Shown: positions 37,823 to 47,988, numbered from the stretch's first letter. The stretch: 64,000 bases of DNA from an uncultured Gammaproteobacteria bacterium (GCA_964573135.1 CAZNIO010000003.1:10881-74880); one strand, 5' to 3'. Notes: generated by a model from the sequence alone, not told the origin. A program made the numbers and translations.

Positions 37823-39322
37823 CTATAGCTTATTCATAATCTTCTCGTTGTCTTCAAGAGGGTCTAGCTTGTATTTGAACTGTTCGCCCTTTTTGGGCTT
37901 ATTTTTTTTTGGCTTGCCATCTTCCTGAGACTCTTCGCCCTCAAGATTGTCTTGTTTGTCAATAACATAACTTTTAACGGCTGAGCCAAGAGTGCCAATG
38001 CGTTTCTTAGCTTCAGAGACTACATTGTCATAGTTAATAATTTCCTGAATACCAGAATTCATATCCCGCAGAATAATGGTTTTATCAATTAGTTCACGCT
38101 GGCCTAGGATTAAAGCGAATTTTACTCCCATGGTATCTGCTTTTTCAAGTTGTTTTTTTAGCCCATCTTGTGAGAAACTTTCTGCTACTTTAACGTCTTC
38201 AGCAATCAGGCGTTCATAGAGATGGAAACATTCTTTGCGTGCTTCGCTACCAAGTTGGGCTACAAAAATATCAGGTTTATCAACCTCTGGTATAATGGCA
38301 CCTAAATCACGCATGCGTGAAATTACTCTTTCAACTCCAACGGCAAAGCCAATAGCTGGGGTTGGACGCCCGCCAAGTAGCTCTATTAAACCATCATAGC
38401 GCCCGCCACCAATGAGAGTTGATTGTGCTTTTGTGCCCTGCTCTCCTTGGTCTTTTAAAGCAATTTCAAAAGTAGTACGCGTATAGTAGTCTAGCCCGCG
38501 GACCAATTTAACATCTAGGGTGTAGGAAACCTCTGAATCATCCAGCTGTTCTAAAACGGCCATAAAATGTTTTTTGCATTCTTCACAAAGAGCATCAATG
38601 ATCTGAGGTGCGTCAGCTAGCACATTTTGACATTCTTCATTTTTGCAATCAAGAATACGTAAGGGATTTTTGGTATATCTCTCACGACAGTTTTCGCATA
38701 ATGCTTTTTTTCTACCACTAACCATAAGGTATTGCTTAAAAGTCGTTATATATTCCGGGCGACACTCCTGGCAACCAATACTATTAATATGAACTAGCGG
38801 TTTTAACCCAAGAGATTCAAGCAGCCTATAGCCGATAAGAATGAGCTGAGCATCGAGTACGGGGCTATCTGAGCCAATAACTTCTAAATCGAGTTGGTTG
38901 AACTGACGGAAACGACCGGCTTGCGGGTTATCGTGCCTAAAAACTGGGCCTACACAATAGAATTTTAAGGGTTGTGGCCTGTTTATCATGCCGTGCTCAA
39001 TATATGCGCGACAAATACCTGGAGTAAATTCTGGACGAAGTGCTACTCTTTCTCCATTTTTATCTTCAAATTCATAAAGCTCCTTGCTAACCACATCAGT
39101 ATGCTTGCCAGTGCCTTTTACAAAAAGTCTGGCTTCTTCAAGAACTGGCACATCTATATTTTGAAAATCATAGTGTTTAAGAATTTTTTTAGATTGAGAC
39201 ATGAAAAAATCCCAATGCTTGCGGTGCTCGGGTAAAATATCTTTAAAACCTTTGAGGAGCTGAACTGGTTTGTTCGAAATTCTTGACATAATTCGAATGT
39301 TTAATTTAGTATACTTTATCAT
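37823..39322 (-). CDS. hisS: Histidine--tRNA ligase (class II) with Cys-rich insertion
   Basis: Class II motifs (…ALRPEFTPGICRAY…, …FRHDNPQAGRFRQFNQLDLEVIG…, …GGGRYDGL…). Insertion carries CQEC…CENC…CKNEEC…CEEC. Possible start at the internal Met 39289. Confidence 0.85.
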   Translation of the reverse strand: MIKYTKLNIRIMSRISNKPVQLLKGFKDILPEHRKHWDFFMSQSKKILKHYDFQNIDVPVLEEARLFVKGTGKHTDVVSKELYEFEDKNGERVALRPEFTPGICRAYIEHGMINRPQPLKFYCVGPVFRHDNPQAGRFRQFNQLDLEVIGSDSPVLDAQLILIGYRLLESLGLKPLVHINSIGCQECRPEYITTFKQYLMVSGRKKALCENCRERYTKNPLRILDCKNEECQNVLADAPQIIDALCEECKKHFMAVLEQLDDSEVSYTLDVKLVRGLDYYTRTTFEIALKDQGEQGTKAQSTLIGGGRYDGLIELLGGRPTPAIGFAVGVERVISRMRDLGAIIPEVDKPDIFVAQLGSEARKECFHLYERLIAEDVKVAESFSQDGLKKQLEKADTMGVKFALILGQRELIDKTIILRDMNSGIQEIINYDNVVSEAKKRIGTLGSAVKSYVIDKQDNLEGEESQEDGKPKKNKPKKGEQFKYKLDPLEDNEKIMNKL

Positions 39323-39923
39323 TAAATACTTTAAGTCGACTTAACGGCCAGCCGCGGAGCCAGGTCTTGCCGATGATATCGCCGTCTTGGATGGAGCCAA
39401 ACATGCGTGAGTCAAGCGAAGCAGAGCGGTTATCTCCCATGATATAGTACTCATCGCTATCAAGCTCTAGACTTTCATTGCCTTGAGTGTAGGTATTTGG
39501 CAGATAGAGATCTTCATTTAAGGTAAACCCCTGGGGGTTATTGACATCGCTAATATTTATATGGCCATCTTTGACGGTAATGGTTTCACCGGGTAAACCG
39601 ATGATGCGTTTTATAAAATATTGTGAGCGGTCATAGGGATATTTGAAAACAATAACATCACCGCGCTCTGGCTCATTAAAGCGATATGAAATTTCATCGA
39701 TAATTAGATATTCATGATCATAGAAGTTGGGCTCCATGGAAGCGCCCTTAACATAGAAGGGCTGGATAACAAAGTAGCGGATGGGTATAATAATGACTAA
39801 AGAGATAATGATTACCTTTAGGGTCTCCCATATAAAATCCTTAAATTGCCCCTTAACTTTATCCTTATCGGTTTCGGGCTCGAAACTGGGCTCTTTTTCT
39901 TGGGGCTGTTGAATAAATGTCAT
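39306..39923 (-). CDS. lepB: Signal peptidase I
   Basis: TM anchor, catalytic GASMEPNF (Ser) and …GDNRSASLDSR… box. Confidence 0.85.
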   Translation of the reverse strand: MTFIQQPQEKEPSFEPETDKDKVKGQFKDFIWETLKVIIISLVIIIPIRYFVIQPFYVKGASMEPNFYDHEYLIIDEISYRFNEPERGDVIVFKYPYDRSQYFIKRIIGLPGETITVKDGHINISDVNNPQGFTLNEDLYLPNTYTQGNESLELDSDEYYIMGDNRSASLDSRMFGSIQDGDIIGKTWLRGWPLSRLKVFNDKVY

Positions 39924-40120
39924 AATAATAGATTAATAATTTGATAATTTAATGATACTTAGTTTTTCCAATAAATGGCATTTTTCCCCTAAAAAAAGGG
40001 TAATTTATACTCATACTAGCATATTTTTTTGATTGACGCAAGGCGCGAAATGGTGTATGGTGAAGTTAAAGATAAGCTAAAAAATTGCTTTATCGTAGAT
40101 TTTTGATAAAGTAAAAATTT

Positions 40121-41632
40121 ATGTATAATCATCATATTAATCTGGCCAAGAGCAACATAGTACATGTTAAGCGTAGAAAAAAAAGAAAAAGCCTACTATA
40201 CCGCGTGGGTCGGTTTTTATTAATAATAATCCTGGCGCTATTTGTTATCTCTTTTGCCTTGTCATACAAAGCAATCTTTTCACAAGAAACTCTGGGTAGA
40301 ACGATTGCCAAGCTACCAGTAGTCAGTCAGATAAGAACTTTGTTTTCCGGGGAAGACAAATTGGCCAAGGATGATGATCGAGTAAATTTCCTTTTGATGG
40401 GCATTGGTGGCGCAGGACACGATGGGGCGCTCTTGACTGATACGATGATGGTGGCCAGCGTTAAATTATCTACACGAGAAATTGCCTTGCTGTCTATCCC
40501 CCGTGACTTGTTGGTAAAAATTCCAGATAATGGTTGGCAAAGAATAAATCATGCAAATGCTTATGGAGAATTAAATGATTATCCGGGTGGCGGATCGGCA
40601 TTGGCGGCCAAAACAGTAGAACAAACCTTTGGTATCCCTATAAACTATTGGGTAAGAATTGATTTTTTGGGGTTTATGAAAGTAATTGATGATATTTCAG
40701 GTGTACAAGTCTTTGTAGAAAGAGAATTTACTGATGAAGAATACCCAACGGAGGATCATGAGGTTCAAACGATACGCTTTGATCAGGGGTTGCAGCGCAT
40801 GAGCGGAGAGAGGGCCTTGCAGTTTGCCAGATCACGACATGGCGACAATTTTGAGGGGTCTGACTTTGCACGCAGTAAACGCCAGCAAAAAATATTGATG
40901 GCAGTTAAGGATAAAATTCTAAATTGGAAAACATTTTTAAATCCTAATCGAGTTTACTCGATTTATGATAATGCCAAAAGCAATACTGAAACTAATATAG
41001 AAACCTGGCAGTTACCACAACTCCTTAACTTATTCAAAGATTTGAATTTTGATGAAATAGAACATTATATTATAGATGACTCTGCTGGCGGACTATTAAA
41101 GCCAATTATGACAGAGGAAGGGGCATCGGTGCTCGCGCCAAAGTCCGGAGACCTAAGTGAATTACAAGAATTTGTACAGAATATATTTGTGGTGAATGAG
41201 ATTGCTGAACAAAATTTAAGAGTAATCATTGCGAATGGTACGACCATCGAAGGCTTGGCTACCTATACGGGATCAACGTTGGAATCATGGGGATTTAAGA
41301 TAGCTAGATTAATTACTTCACCTCAACAAGACTTTGAAAAAACGGTAATTTACAGATTAGATGATGGCAATTATAAGGAAGCGTTGAAAATATTAAAATC
41401 AAGAATGGAAGCAAATGCGACTAACGATTTACCTGAGTTTTTGGAACCATTACTTTACCGAATGGATGATTATGGGGAAAAGCAAAAGATAGAGGCAGAG
41501 TTTTTAGTGGTGGTAGGACTTGATCAAGAAAGATCAATCAAGGCCATAGAGGAGTGGGAAATAGAGCAAGCCAGATTGGCGAGCTTAATAGATGAAGAGG
41601 AAACAGAAGAAGCTGAAAATAAAGAGGAATAA
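40121..41632 (+). CDS. LCP family (LytR-CpsA-Psr) cell-envelope protein
   Basis: N-terminal TM, then NFLLMGIGGAGHDGALLTDTMMVASV…LLSIPRDL… LCP core. Confidence 0.8.
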   Translation: MYNHHINLAKSNIVHVKRRKKRKSLLYRVGRFLLIIILALFVISFALSYKAIFSQETLGRTIAKLPVVSQIRTLFSGEDKLAKDDDRVNFLLMGIGGAGHDGALLTDTMMVASVKLSTREIALLSIPRDLLVKIPDNGWQRINHANAYGELNDYPGGGSALAAKTVEQTFGIPINYWVRIDFLGFMKVIDDISGVQVFVEREFTDEEYPTEDHEVQTIRFDQGLQRMSGERALQFARSRHGDNFEGSDFARSKRQQKILMAVKDKILNWKTFLNPNRVYSIYDNAKSNTETNIETWQLPQLLNLFKDLNFDEIEHYIIDDSAGGLLKPIMTEEGASVLAPKSGDLSELQEFVQNIFVVNEIAEQNLRVIIANGTTIEGLATYTGSTLESWGFKIARLITSPQQDFEKTVIYRLDDGNYKEALKILKSRMEANATNDLPEFLEPLLYRMDDYGEKQKIEAEFLVVVGLDQERSIKAIEEWEIEQARLASLIDEEETEEAENKEE

Positions 41633-41643
41633 TTTAAAAAATT

Positions 41644-43059
41644 ATGAAAAAAACAGTATCCATCATAGGCCGAGTAAATGTCGGCAAATCAACACTTTTT
41701 AATTGTTTGGCTGAAAAAAGACAAGCCATGGTTTCAGATACCCCGGGAACTACCAGAGATTTAAAATACGCTGCCATTAAATGGCAAGATAGAAATTTTA
41801 AATTAATTGATACTGGCGGATTTTTATCACAGCAAAAGCCTTTGCGAGACATGACAAAGAAAGAGCAAAAAAAGTTTCAAAAAGAAAAGGTGGGTGATAT
41901 TAATAAGCAGGTTGAAGCCATGGCTCGCAAGGCTTTAGCTGAAAGCCAGATAGTACTTTTCGTGGTTGACGCCAAAGAAGGGTTGAACCCGCAAGATCGT
42001 CAAATCGCTGATTACTTACGCAAAATTAAAGACAAGGAAGTTATACTTGTTGTTAGCAAATGTGATAATCCCAAAATTAGACAGACTACAGCTGAATTCC
42101 ATAAATTAGGGCTGGGTGAACCGATGCTTGTATCTGGAGTTAACGGTTCTGGTACAGGAGATTTACTTGACCAAATAATTTCAAAATTAGAGACAAAGAA
42201 AGAAGATGAGGGAGAGAAAGAAACAGATGGCTATATCAAAGTAAGTATTATGGGCAAACCGAACGTGGGCAAATCATCTTTATTAAATCAACTCCTAGGA
42301 GAAGAAAAAGCAATTGTCTCCCCTATCGCGCATACTACGCGCGAACCAAATGATACCTTAATTGAATTTGAGGGTAAAAAAATATTATTGATAGACACAG
42401 CCGGTATTCGGCGTAAAGCAAGAGTGGTTGAGAAAAGTTTAGAGAAGCTGGGAGTATCAATGTCAATTAGCTCATTAAAACATTGCGGGATAGCACTTTT
42501 AGTAATAGATATATCAATTGGCTTATCCAAACAAGATTTGGCTCTAGGTAGCCTGATAGCTGAGTCTGGGGCTGGGGTAATCATCGTAGCGAACAAGTAT
42601 GATTTGGTTGATACGGGTGAAGACAAGGATGTGGCCCAAAAAATGAAGGATCATATATATAAGAATTTTCCGCATCTATCTTTTGCTCCTATAATATTCA
42701 TCTCGGCCAAAACTGGCTTAAATACTAAAAAGATACTAAAATTAATATTAGAGGTTGAAAAAGAAAAAGAAATTACAATACCGGCCGGGGCATTGAGTAA
42801 ATTTTTGAAGAGTATTATACGCCATCAGCCACCACCAAGAAAGCAGATCGGAGATGGCAGTAAGAAAAAGATTAAACGAGCTTTTATAACAGAATTTAGC
42901 CAAATTGGTAGTCGCCCGCCTACTTTTGAGTGCACGGTGGGTAGCCAAGAGAAACTACCCGAGGAATACAGAAAGTATATTATTAATAATATTAGAAAAA
43001 AGTTTGGCTTTGAGGGTGTACCAATTAGATTGAAGGTTCAATGGAAAAAAGAAGAATAA
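41644..43059 (+). CDS. der: Ribosome-associated GTPase Der (EngA), two GTPase domains + KH-like domain
   Basis: Two Walker A motifs, GRVNVGKSTLFN and GKPNVGKSSLLN, each with DTGG/DTAG. Confidence 0.9.
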   Translation: MKKTVSIIGRVNVGKSTLFNCLAEKRQAMVSDTPGTTRDLKYAAIKWQDRNFKLIDTGGFLSQQKPLRDMTKKEQKKFQKEKVGDINKQVEAMARKALAESQIVLFVVDAKEGLNPQDRQIADYLRKIKDKEVILVVSKCDNPKIRQTTAEFHKLGLGEPMLVSGVNGSGTGDLLDQIISKLETKKEDEGEKETDGYIKVSIMGKPNVGKSSLLNQLLGEEKAIVSPIAHTTREPNDTLIEFEGKKILLIDTAGIRRKARVVEKSLEKLGVSMSISSLKHCGIALLVIDISIGLSKQDLALGSLIAESGAGVIIVANKYDLVDTGEDKDVAQKMKDHIYKNFPHLSFAPIIFISAKTGLNTKKILKLILEVEKEKEITIPAGALSKFLKSIIRHQPPPRKQIGDGSKKKIKRAFITEFSQIGSRPPTFECTVGSQEKLPEEYRKYIINNIRKKFGFEGVPIRLKVQWKKEE

Positions 43060-43063
43060 ATAT

Positions 43064-43600
43064 ATGCAATTAATTGTCGGCCTGGGGAACCCAGGCAAGA
43101 AATATGAGAAAACAAGACACAATACTGGCTTTATGGCAGTTGATTTTTTAGTAGATAAATTTGATTTTGACAAATTCAAAATGAAAGATAAGTTTAAAGC
43201 TGAAATTACGCAGGGTAATATTGAAAATGAAAAGGCTATAATAGCCAAACCGCAAACATATATGAATAATTCCGGGGAGGCGGTACAGGCGTTGAAGTCA
43301 TTTTATAAGATAAAAATCGAGGATATTATAGTGGTATACGATGAGCTTGATTTAATATTAGGAAAAATTAGAGTACGCGATGAAGGCTCATCAGCCGGAC
43401 ATAAAGGAATTGAGTCGATTATGGAAAAAGTTGGAGATGATAAATTTACAAGGGTGCGTATTGGGATAAGAAATGGAAAAGCCGACAGAATGCCGACTGA
43501 TAAATTTGTATTGTCTCGATTCAGTTTAAGTGAAAGATGGAAATTAAAAAAAGAAATTTTACCTAAAGCAATTGAAGAAATAACAAAAAGCAGACCTTAG
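43064..43600 (+). CDS. pth: Peptidyl-tRNA hydrolase
   Basis: MQLIVGLGNPGKKYEKTRHNTGF… is the canonical Pth N-terminus. Confidence 0.9.
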   Translation: MQLIVGLGNPGKKYEKTRHNTGFMAVDFLVDKFDFDKFKMKDKFKAEITQGNIENEKAIIAKPQTYMNNSGEAVQALKSFYKIKIEDIIVVYDELDLILGKIRVRDEGSSAGHKGIESIMEKVGDDKFTRVRIGIRNGKADRMPTDKFVLSRFSLSERWKLKKEILPKAIEEITKSRP

Positions 43601-43636
43601 AATTTTTTTAATTAAGAATTCTAAGGTCTGCTTTGG
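43588..43636 (+). terminator. Intrinsic terminator after pth (15-bp stem GCAGACCTTAGAATT/AATTCTAAGGTCTGC)
   Basis: Long perfect hairpin overlapping the pth stop codon, followed by TTT. Confidence 0.6.
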
Positions 43637-43911
43637 CTGGAAAATATTTCACCCATATTACCCTCCAATAGCGCAAGGATAATTAGGAAAACCTGACTAT
43701 CCTTAACTTGAGGCTACTCGATCCGGTTAGGAGGGGTTCCTTCACTTTCGCCACTATTAGAGGAAAATATAAGCAATATATATATTGATCAATTGTCAAA
43801 TTATATTAACATGAATTACAAAACTTGTCAAGTAGCGATAAACATGTTATATTAATTTATATTAAAAATGCTGTAAAAAGCGTTGTTTTTTAATAACTTT
43901 GACCCCGAAAA

Positions 43912-43986
43912 GGTCCCTTCGTCTAGTGGTTAGGACACTAGGTTTTCATCCTAGAAACAGGGGTTCGATTCCCCTAGGGACTACCA
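43912..43986 (+). tRNA. tRNA-Glu (anticodon TTC), CCA encoded
   Basis: Anticodon arm CTAGG-TTTTCAT-CCTAG, T-arm AGGGG-TTCGATT-CCCCT, acceptor GGTCCCT/AGGGACT (G1-U72). Confidence 0.85.
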
Positions 43987-43987
43987 A

Positions 43988-44020
43988 AGAGGACTCACTC
44001 GCAAGATTGGGTCTTTTTTG
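43988..44020 (+). terminator. Putative terminator after tRNA-Glu (imperfect hairpin + T6)
   Basis: aagaggactcactcgcaagattgggtctttttt is about 80% identical to the module after Repeat B2 (47088..47121). Confidence 0.4.
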
Positions 44021-44172
44021 ATTGGAATGTTAACGCAGGAAGTGATTTTCTAGCTTCAATTGAAATATAGATAAGTTGGTTGCAGAAAATATCTATGAAA
44101 TGTACACATTTGACAGATAAAAAAGTTTTATGTATACTTAAAATATATTGAATAATTAAAAAAGTTTTAAAT

Positions 44173-45378
44173 ATGATTAAAAAATACATCAAACGCCCTA
44201 TATACTTAGATCAAATTAAGCCCTTTATTGACAAGGATATTATTAAAGTTATCATCGGACAACGACGAGTTGGTAAAAGTTATTTGTTGTTCCAAATAAT
44301 GGATGAGATAAAAAAGAAAAATAAAACAGCTAATATTATTTATATCAACAAAGAATTAAATGAATTTGAAACAATAAAAAATGACAAAGACTTATTGGAT
44401 TATATTAAAAAAAATAATAAGAATAAGAAGAGTTATGTTTTTATTGATGAAATACAGGATATTCAAAATTTTGAAAAGGCCTTAAGAAGCTTGAAAGCTG
44501 AGGGGAAATATGATATCTACTGCACTGGCAGTAATGCTAATTTGCTATCAAGCGAAATAGCCACTTATCTTAGCGGTCGATATATTGAGATAAACGTTTT
44601 TGGATTAAGTTATGTTGAATTTTTACAATTTCATAATTTGAAGGAAGATACAGATTCATTTTTAAAATATATCAAATATGGTGGTTTGCCTTATTTAATA
44701 AATTTAGATTTAACTGACGAAATTGTTTATCATTATTTAAAAAGTATTTATAACACAATTCTATTGAAGGATGTTGTCAGCAGATTTAATATTCGTAATG
44801 TTTCATTTTTAGAAAGTTTAATTGACTACCTGGCTGATAATACTGGTAGCTTAGTTTCTTCTAAGAAAATTAGTGATTTTTTAAAATCACAAAAAATTAA
44901 TATTTCAACAAACATTGTCTTGGATTATTTATCTTTTTTAGCAAATGCATTCTTTATTTTCAAAGTCCAAAGATCTGAGGTACAGGGTAAAAAAATATTT
45001 GAAATTAATGATAAATATTACTTTGAAGATCTTGGGCTCAGACATTCCTTAATTGGTTATAAGCAGGTCGATATAAATAAGATTTTAGAAAATTTAGTTT
45101 TTTTACATTTACAAATTTTAGGCTACAAAGTAACAGTTGGGCAACTGAAAGAAAAAGAAATTGATTTTGTGTGTGAAAAAGAAAATAAAAAAATATATAT
45201 TCAAGTGGCTTACTTAATTAATGATAAAAATAAAGATAGGGAGTTTGGAAATTTATTACAAATCAAGGATAATTATCCTAAAATAGTTGTTTCAACTGAT
45301 GAATTAATAGACAACAGTGAATATAAAGGAGTAAAACATTTTAATATTAGAAATTTTTTAACCATAACATCTTTTTAA
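44173..45378 (+). CDS. AAA-family ATPase with DUF4143-like C-terminal domain
   Basis: Walker A GQRRVGKSY, Walker B …VFIDEIQ…. 401 aa, architecture typical of AAA_14+DUF4143 ATP-binding proteins. Confidence 0.7.
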   Translation: MIKKYIKRPIYLDQIKPFIDKDIIKVIIGQRRVGKSYLLFQIMDEIKKKNKTANIIYINKELNEFETIKNDKDLLDYIKKNNKNKKSYVFIDEIQDIQNFEKALRSLKAEGKYDIYCTGSNANLLSSEIATYLSGRYIEINVFGLSYVEFLQFHNLKEDTDSFLKYIKYGGLPYLINLDLTDEIVYHYLKSIYNTILLKDVVSRFNIRNVSFLESLIDYLADNTGSLVSSKKISDFLKSQKINISTNIVLDYLSFLANAFFIFKVQRSEVQGKKIFEINDKYYFEDLGLRHSLIGYKQVDINKILENLVFLHLQILGYKVTVGQLKEKEIDFVCEKENKKIYIQVAYLINDKNKDREFGNLLQIKDNYPKIVVSTDELIDNSEYKGVKHFNIRNFLTITSF

Positions 45379-45407
45379 GTTTGCTAAATTTTATACACTT
45401 TACAACC

Positions 45408-45479
45408 CTGGAATCACAAGATGCCACCTCCTAATATCCCCCACTATTTGTTTTAAATTCTTTAAACAATGGTCTACCA
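45408..45479 (+). repeat. Repeat B copy 1 (~72-nt conserved non-coding element)
   Basis: ctggaatcacaagatgccacctcctaatatcccccactatttgttttaaattctttaaacaatggtctacca. About 90% identity with copies at 47018 and 47989. Confidence 0.75.
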
Positions 45480-45500
45480 TTCCAGATTTCCCCTTAGATC

Positions 45501-45548
45501 GCCCGCCCCTTGGGCGGATGAATTCTCGGCGCTTCGCGCCGTTTTTTT
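45501..45548 (+). terminator. Tandem GC hairpins + T8 after Repeat B1
   Basis: CCGCC-ccttg-GGCGG followed by GGCGC-ttc-GCGCC, then gttttttt. Confidence 0.6.
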
Positions 45549-45807
45549 GTTTTATCTAATTTTTGAGAGTTGTTTGGTTTGAAAAGTTTTGTAAGTATGA
45601 AAATATAAGGTCGTCACTTGCTATTTACTTGGGACGACTTTTTTATTGTAAATTGGTTTAATCTTACGAAATTGCCCCTTATTTTAGAGGGTTTTGGGGT
45701 TGGGCAATGTGGACTTTTTCTATTGCATAATATATAATCAAGTCAGATAAAAATACATACAGACTCTAAGAAACAAGTAAGTAAATATCAATACAAATAA
45801 TACCCCT

Positions 45808-46803
45808 ATGATGATCAATAAAAGTACATATATTTTTGGTGGCGGAGATTCTGATGGATTGCTTGGCATTGCCACAATATTAAAAAAAGTAAATGATGCT
45901 TTTTTCTCTTTTACTTCCCCTAGAACCTTACATAGTCTAATCCATGATCTTGTAAAAGGAACTAACGGTAGTGTCTATATTGTAGATTTAGCAATAGATG
46001 CTTCAACATATAAAGATTTATTTAAAGAAATAGAAGGACGGCCTGGATTTGATAGTTATTTTTTTGACCAACATAATTTACCCGCTGGCGTATCCAAAGA
46101 GGACTTGCCGTTCACTGATTTATCAATTGATAGTGCGGTATCTAGCTGTGAAAATACATACGTTACAATTGGAAGCGATCTGGATCCTATAATTCCAGCC
46201 ATGGCTTCCTTAAATGACGGCATTTCTGATACTGAAAAAATAAGGGAAGCACAAAAAATTCATGGGGAGAAACTATATTCAAATGCTAAAATATTAAAAT
46301 TTGGTTTGGCATACAATATTAAAGATAATAAATTTAAACGTCAATTAGTGTATGATTTTAAAGAGGGCAAATATCCAGAATCTATTCCTGAATTAGTAGA
46401 TAGATACAAAAAAGGCCTTATACGGTGGGAAGAAATTAAAAAGATGGCTAATGAAAGGAAAAAAAGCCTTACACATCTAGCGTATGGTTTGTTCCCAAAT
46501 TTGAAAGGGGGGTTTACTAACTTACTAGCAGCATACCTAGCAGAAAGCACTGAAAAATTAGTTGGGGTTAGTATCCTTGAAACTGACCGCACCCTGCAAA
46601 AAATGAATATTATTTCAAATGATCCATCACTGAATATTGGTTTGTTTGTACATAAAGTAGCAAACAAATTTAATGGTTTTGGCGGGGGTAGTATTTCTAG
46701 CGCTGGGGCTACTTTACAGAAAAAGGAGACTACAAACTTTCTGCAAAACCTTAATAAAGAGATTGGAGATTATAAAAAATTATTAAAAAGCAATCAAGAC
46801 TAA
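45808..46803 (+). CDS. Hypothetical protein, possible DHH/DHHA1-like phosphoesterase
   Basis: N-terminal IFGGGDSDGLLG (DxD-like motif I), …VDLAID…, …FFDQHN… (degenerate DHH), C-terminal …FNGFGGGSIS… (DHHA1 GGGH-like). Weak assignment. Confidence 0.45.
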   Translation: MMINKSTYIFGGGDSDGLLGIATILKKVNDAFFSFTSPRTLHSLIHDLVKGTNGSVYIVDLAIDASTYKDLFKEIEGRPGFDSYFFDQHNLPAGVSKEDLPFTDLSIDSAVSSCENTYVTIGSDLDPIIPAMASLNDGISDTEKIREAQKIHGEKLYSNAKILKFGLAYNIKDNKFKRQLVYDFKEGKYPESIPELVDRYKKGLIRWEEIKKMANERKKSLTHLAYGLFPNLKGGFTNLLAAYLAESTEKLVGVSILETDRTLQKMNIISNDPSLNIGLFVHKVANKFNGFGGGSISSAGATLQKKETTNFLQNLNKEIGDYKKLLKSNQD

Positions 46804-46807
46804 AAAG

Positions 46808-46930
46808 ATGACCAGAAAAAACATTGAAATAATTTTACCAGAAGTATCGCAAGACACTATTAAGTACGACTTGCGCAAAATGAAAGAAAAAGGCTTAATT
46901 GTCCAAAGTGGTGAGTCTGTAAATACATAG
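46808..46930 (+). CDS. Small ORF (40 aa), possible winged-helix fragment or gene remnant
   Basis: MTRKNIEIILPEVSQDTIKYDLRKMKEKGLIVQSGESVNT starts 5 nt after the stop of the preceding gene and resembles the C-terminus of a wHTH regulator. Below the track cutoff. Confidence 0.25.
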   Translation: MTRKNIEIILPEVSQDTIKYDLRKMKEKGLIVQSGESVNT

Positions 46931-47017
46931 TATGAAGCTAATTTTTAGTTAAAAAAACTACCTAAAATTTAACCGCAATTAGAAGCGATCCCGAATAATT
47001 AATTAAGTATTTAATTC

Positions 47018-47087
47018 AGGAATCACAAAATACCATCTCCTAATATCCCCTACTATTTGTTTTAAATTCTTTAAACAGTGGTCTACC
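47018..47087 (+). repeat. Repeat B copy 2
   Basis: caggaatcacaaaataccatctcctaatatcccctactatttgttttaaattctttaaacagtggtctacca. Ends in CTACCA like a tRNA 3' end. Confidence 0.75.
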
Positions 47088-47093
47088 AAAGAA

Positions 47094-47121
47094 TACTCAC
47101 TCGTAAGAGTGGGTGTTTTTT
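47094..47121 (+). terminator. Intrinsic terminator after Repeat B2 (CACTC-gtaa-GAGTG + T6)
   Basis: Hairpin + T-run. The sequence resembles the tRNA-Glu flank. Confidence 0.5.
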
Positions 47122-47151
47122 GTTTAGGCTAATATTTATGCTATAATACAA

Positions 47152-47769
47152 ATGTTAACTAAATTAAACAGTATGAAAAAGTATTTTAAAAAATCTAATC
47201 CAAAAATAAAAATTAATACAATTTATGTTTTTATTGATGCTTCAAATGTCTGGAATGCGGTCAAGGCTGAAAAGAAATTTATTGAATACAAGAAGATTAA
47301 AAATTGGTTGAAAAAGAATTTTAATGCTACTAATGTTGAAATTTTTTATTATGATGCCTACCCCAAAGATGGGACAAGGGAATATAGCCTAGATGGTAAA
47401 CATAGATTTTTTACCTATCTAAAAAAAGGTCTCGGCTTCACGGTGCGTAAAAAAGAATTAAAAAGAATTACCATTACTAGTAAAGATGGGGAATCTATCA
47501 TGGAGAAAGGTAATATGGATATAGAGATGGTTATTGATGCGATCCATAATATGAATAAATATGATACTGCTGTTTTGTTTAGTGGAGATGCTGATTTTTT
47601 GGCACTAGTTAATTATTTAAAAAATGGTGGTAAAAAAGTCTATATTTTCTCCTCAAAAGATAATATATCTCGCGAACTTAAAACTGGCGGGAATGGATAT
47701 TTTGATGTAAGGGATATAAAAGAATTCTGGGGTAAGGATTTGAAATATCGTATAAATAAGCAAAAATAA
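47152..47769 (+). CDS. NYN-domain (LabA-like) putative ribonuclease
   Basis: …IYVFIDASNVWNA… and …VLFSGDADF… acidic residues, typical of the NYN/LabA-like PIN-related fold. 205 aa. Confidence 0.65.
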   Translation: MLTKLNSMKKYFKKSNPKIKINTIYVFIDASNVWNAVKAEKKFIEYKKIKNWLKKNFNATNVEIFYYDAYPKDGTREYSLDGKHRFFTYLKKGLGFTVRKKELKRITITSKDGESIMEKGNMDIEMVIDAIHNMNKYDTAVLFSGDADFLALVNYLKNGGKKVYIFSSKDNISRELKTGGNGYFDVRDIKEFWGKDLKYRINKQK

Positions 47770-47988
47770 AACCACCCTCAACTAAGAGGATGGCTCTAGG
47801 ATGTATAACCCTAACAGTTCTATGGAAGAACCGAAAGACATTATTAATATACACTTTTTTAATAAAAATGTCAAATTTCATCCACAGGGTGTCAAAATAG
47901 CATTATTATCAAATATTTATCTGATATATTAACTATATCAGATTATATCAATTTAAGGGATGTTAATGGTGAGCAATAGTCCGTAACT

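Noticed and set aside
41634-41852. Minus-strand 72-aa ORF
   Set aside because: It is antisense to the der gene. Shadow ORF.
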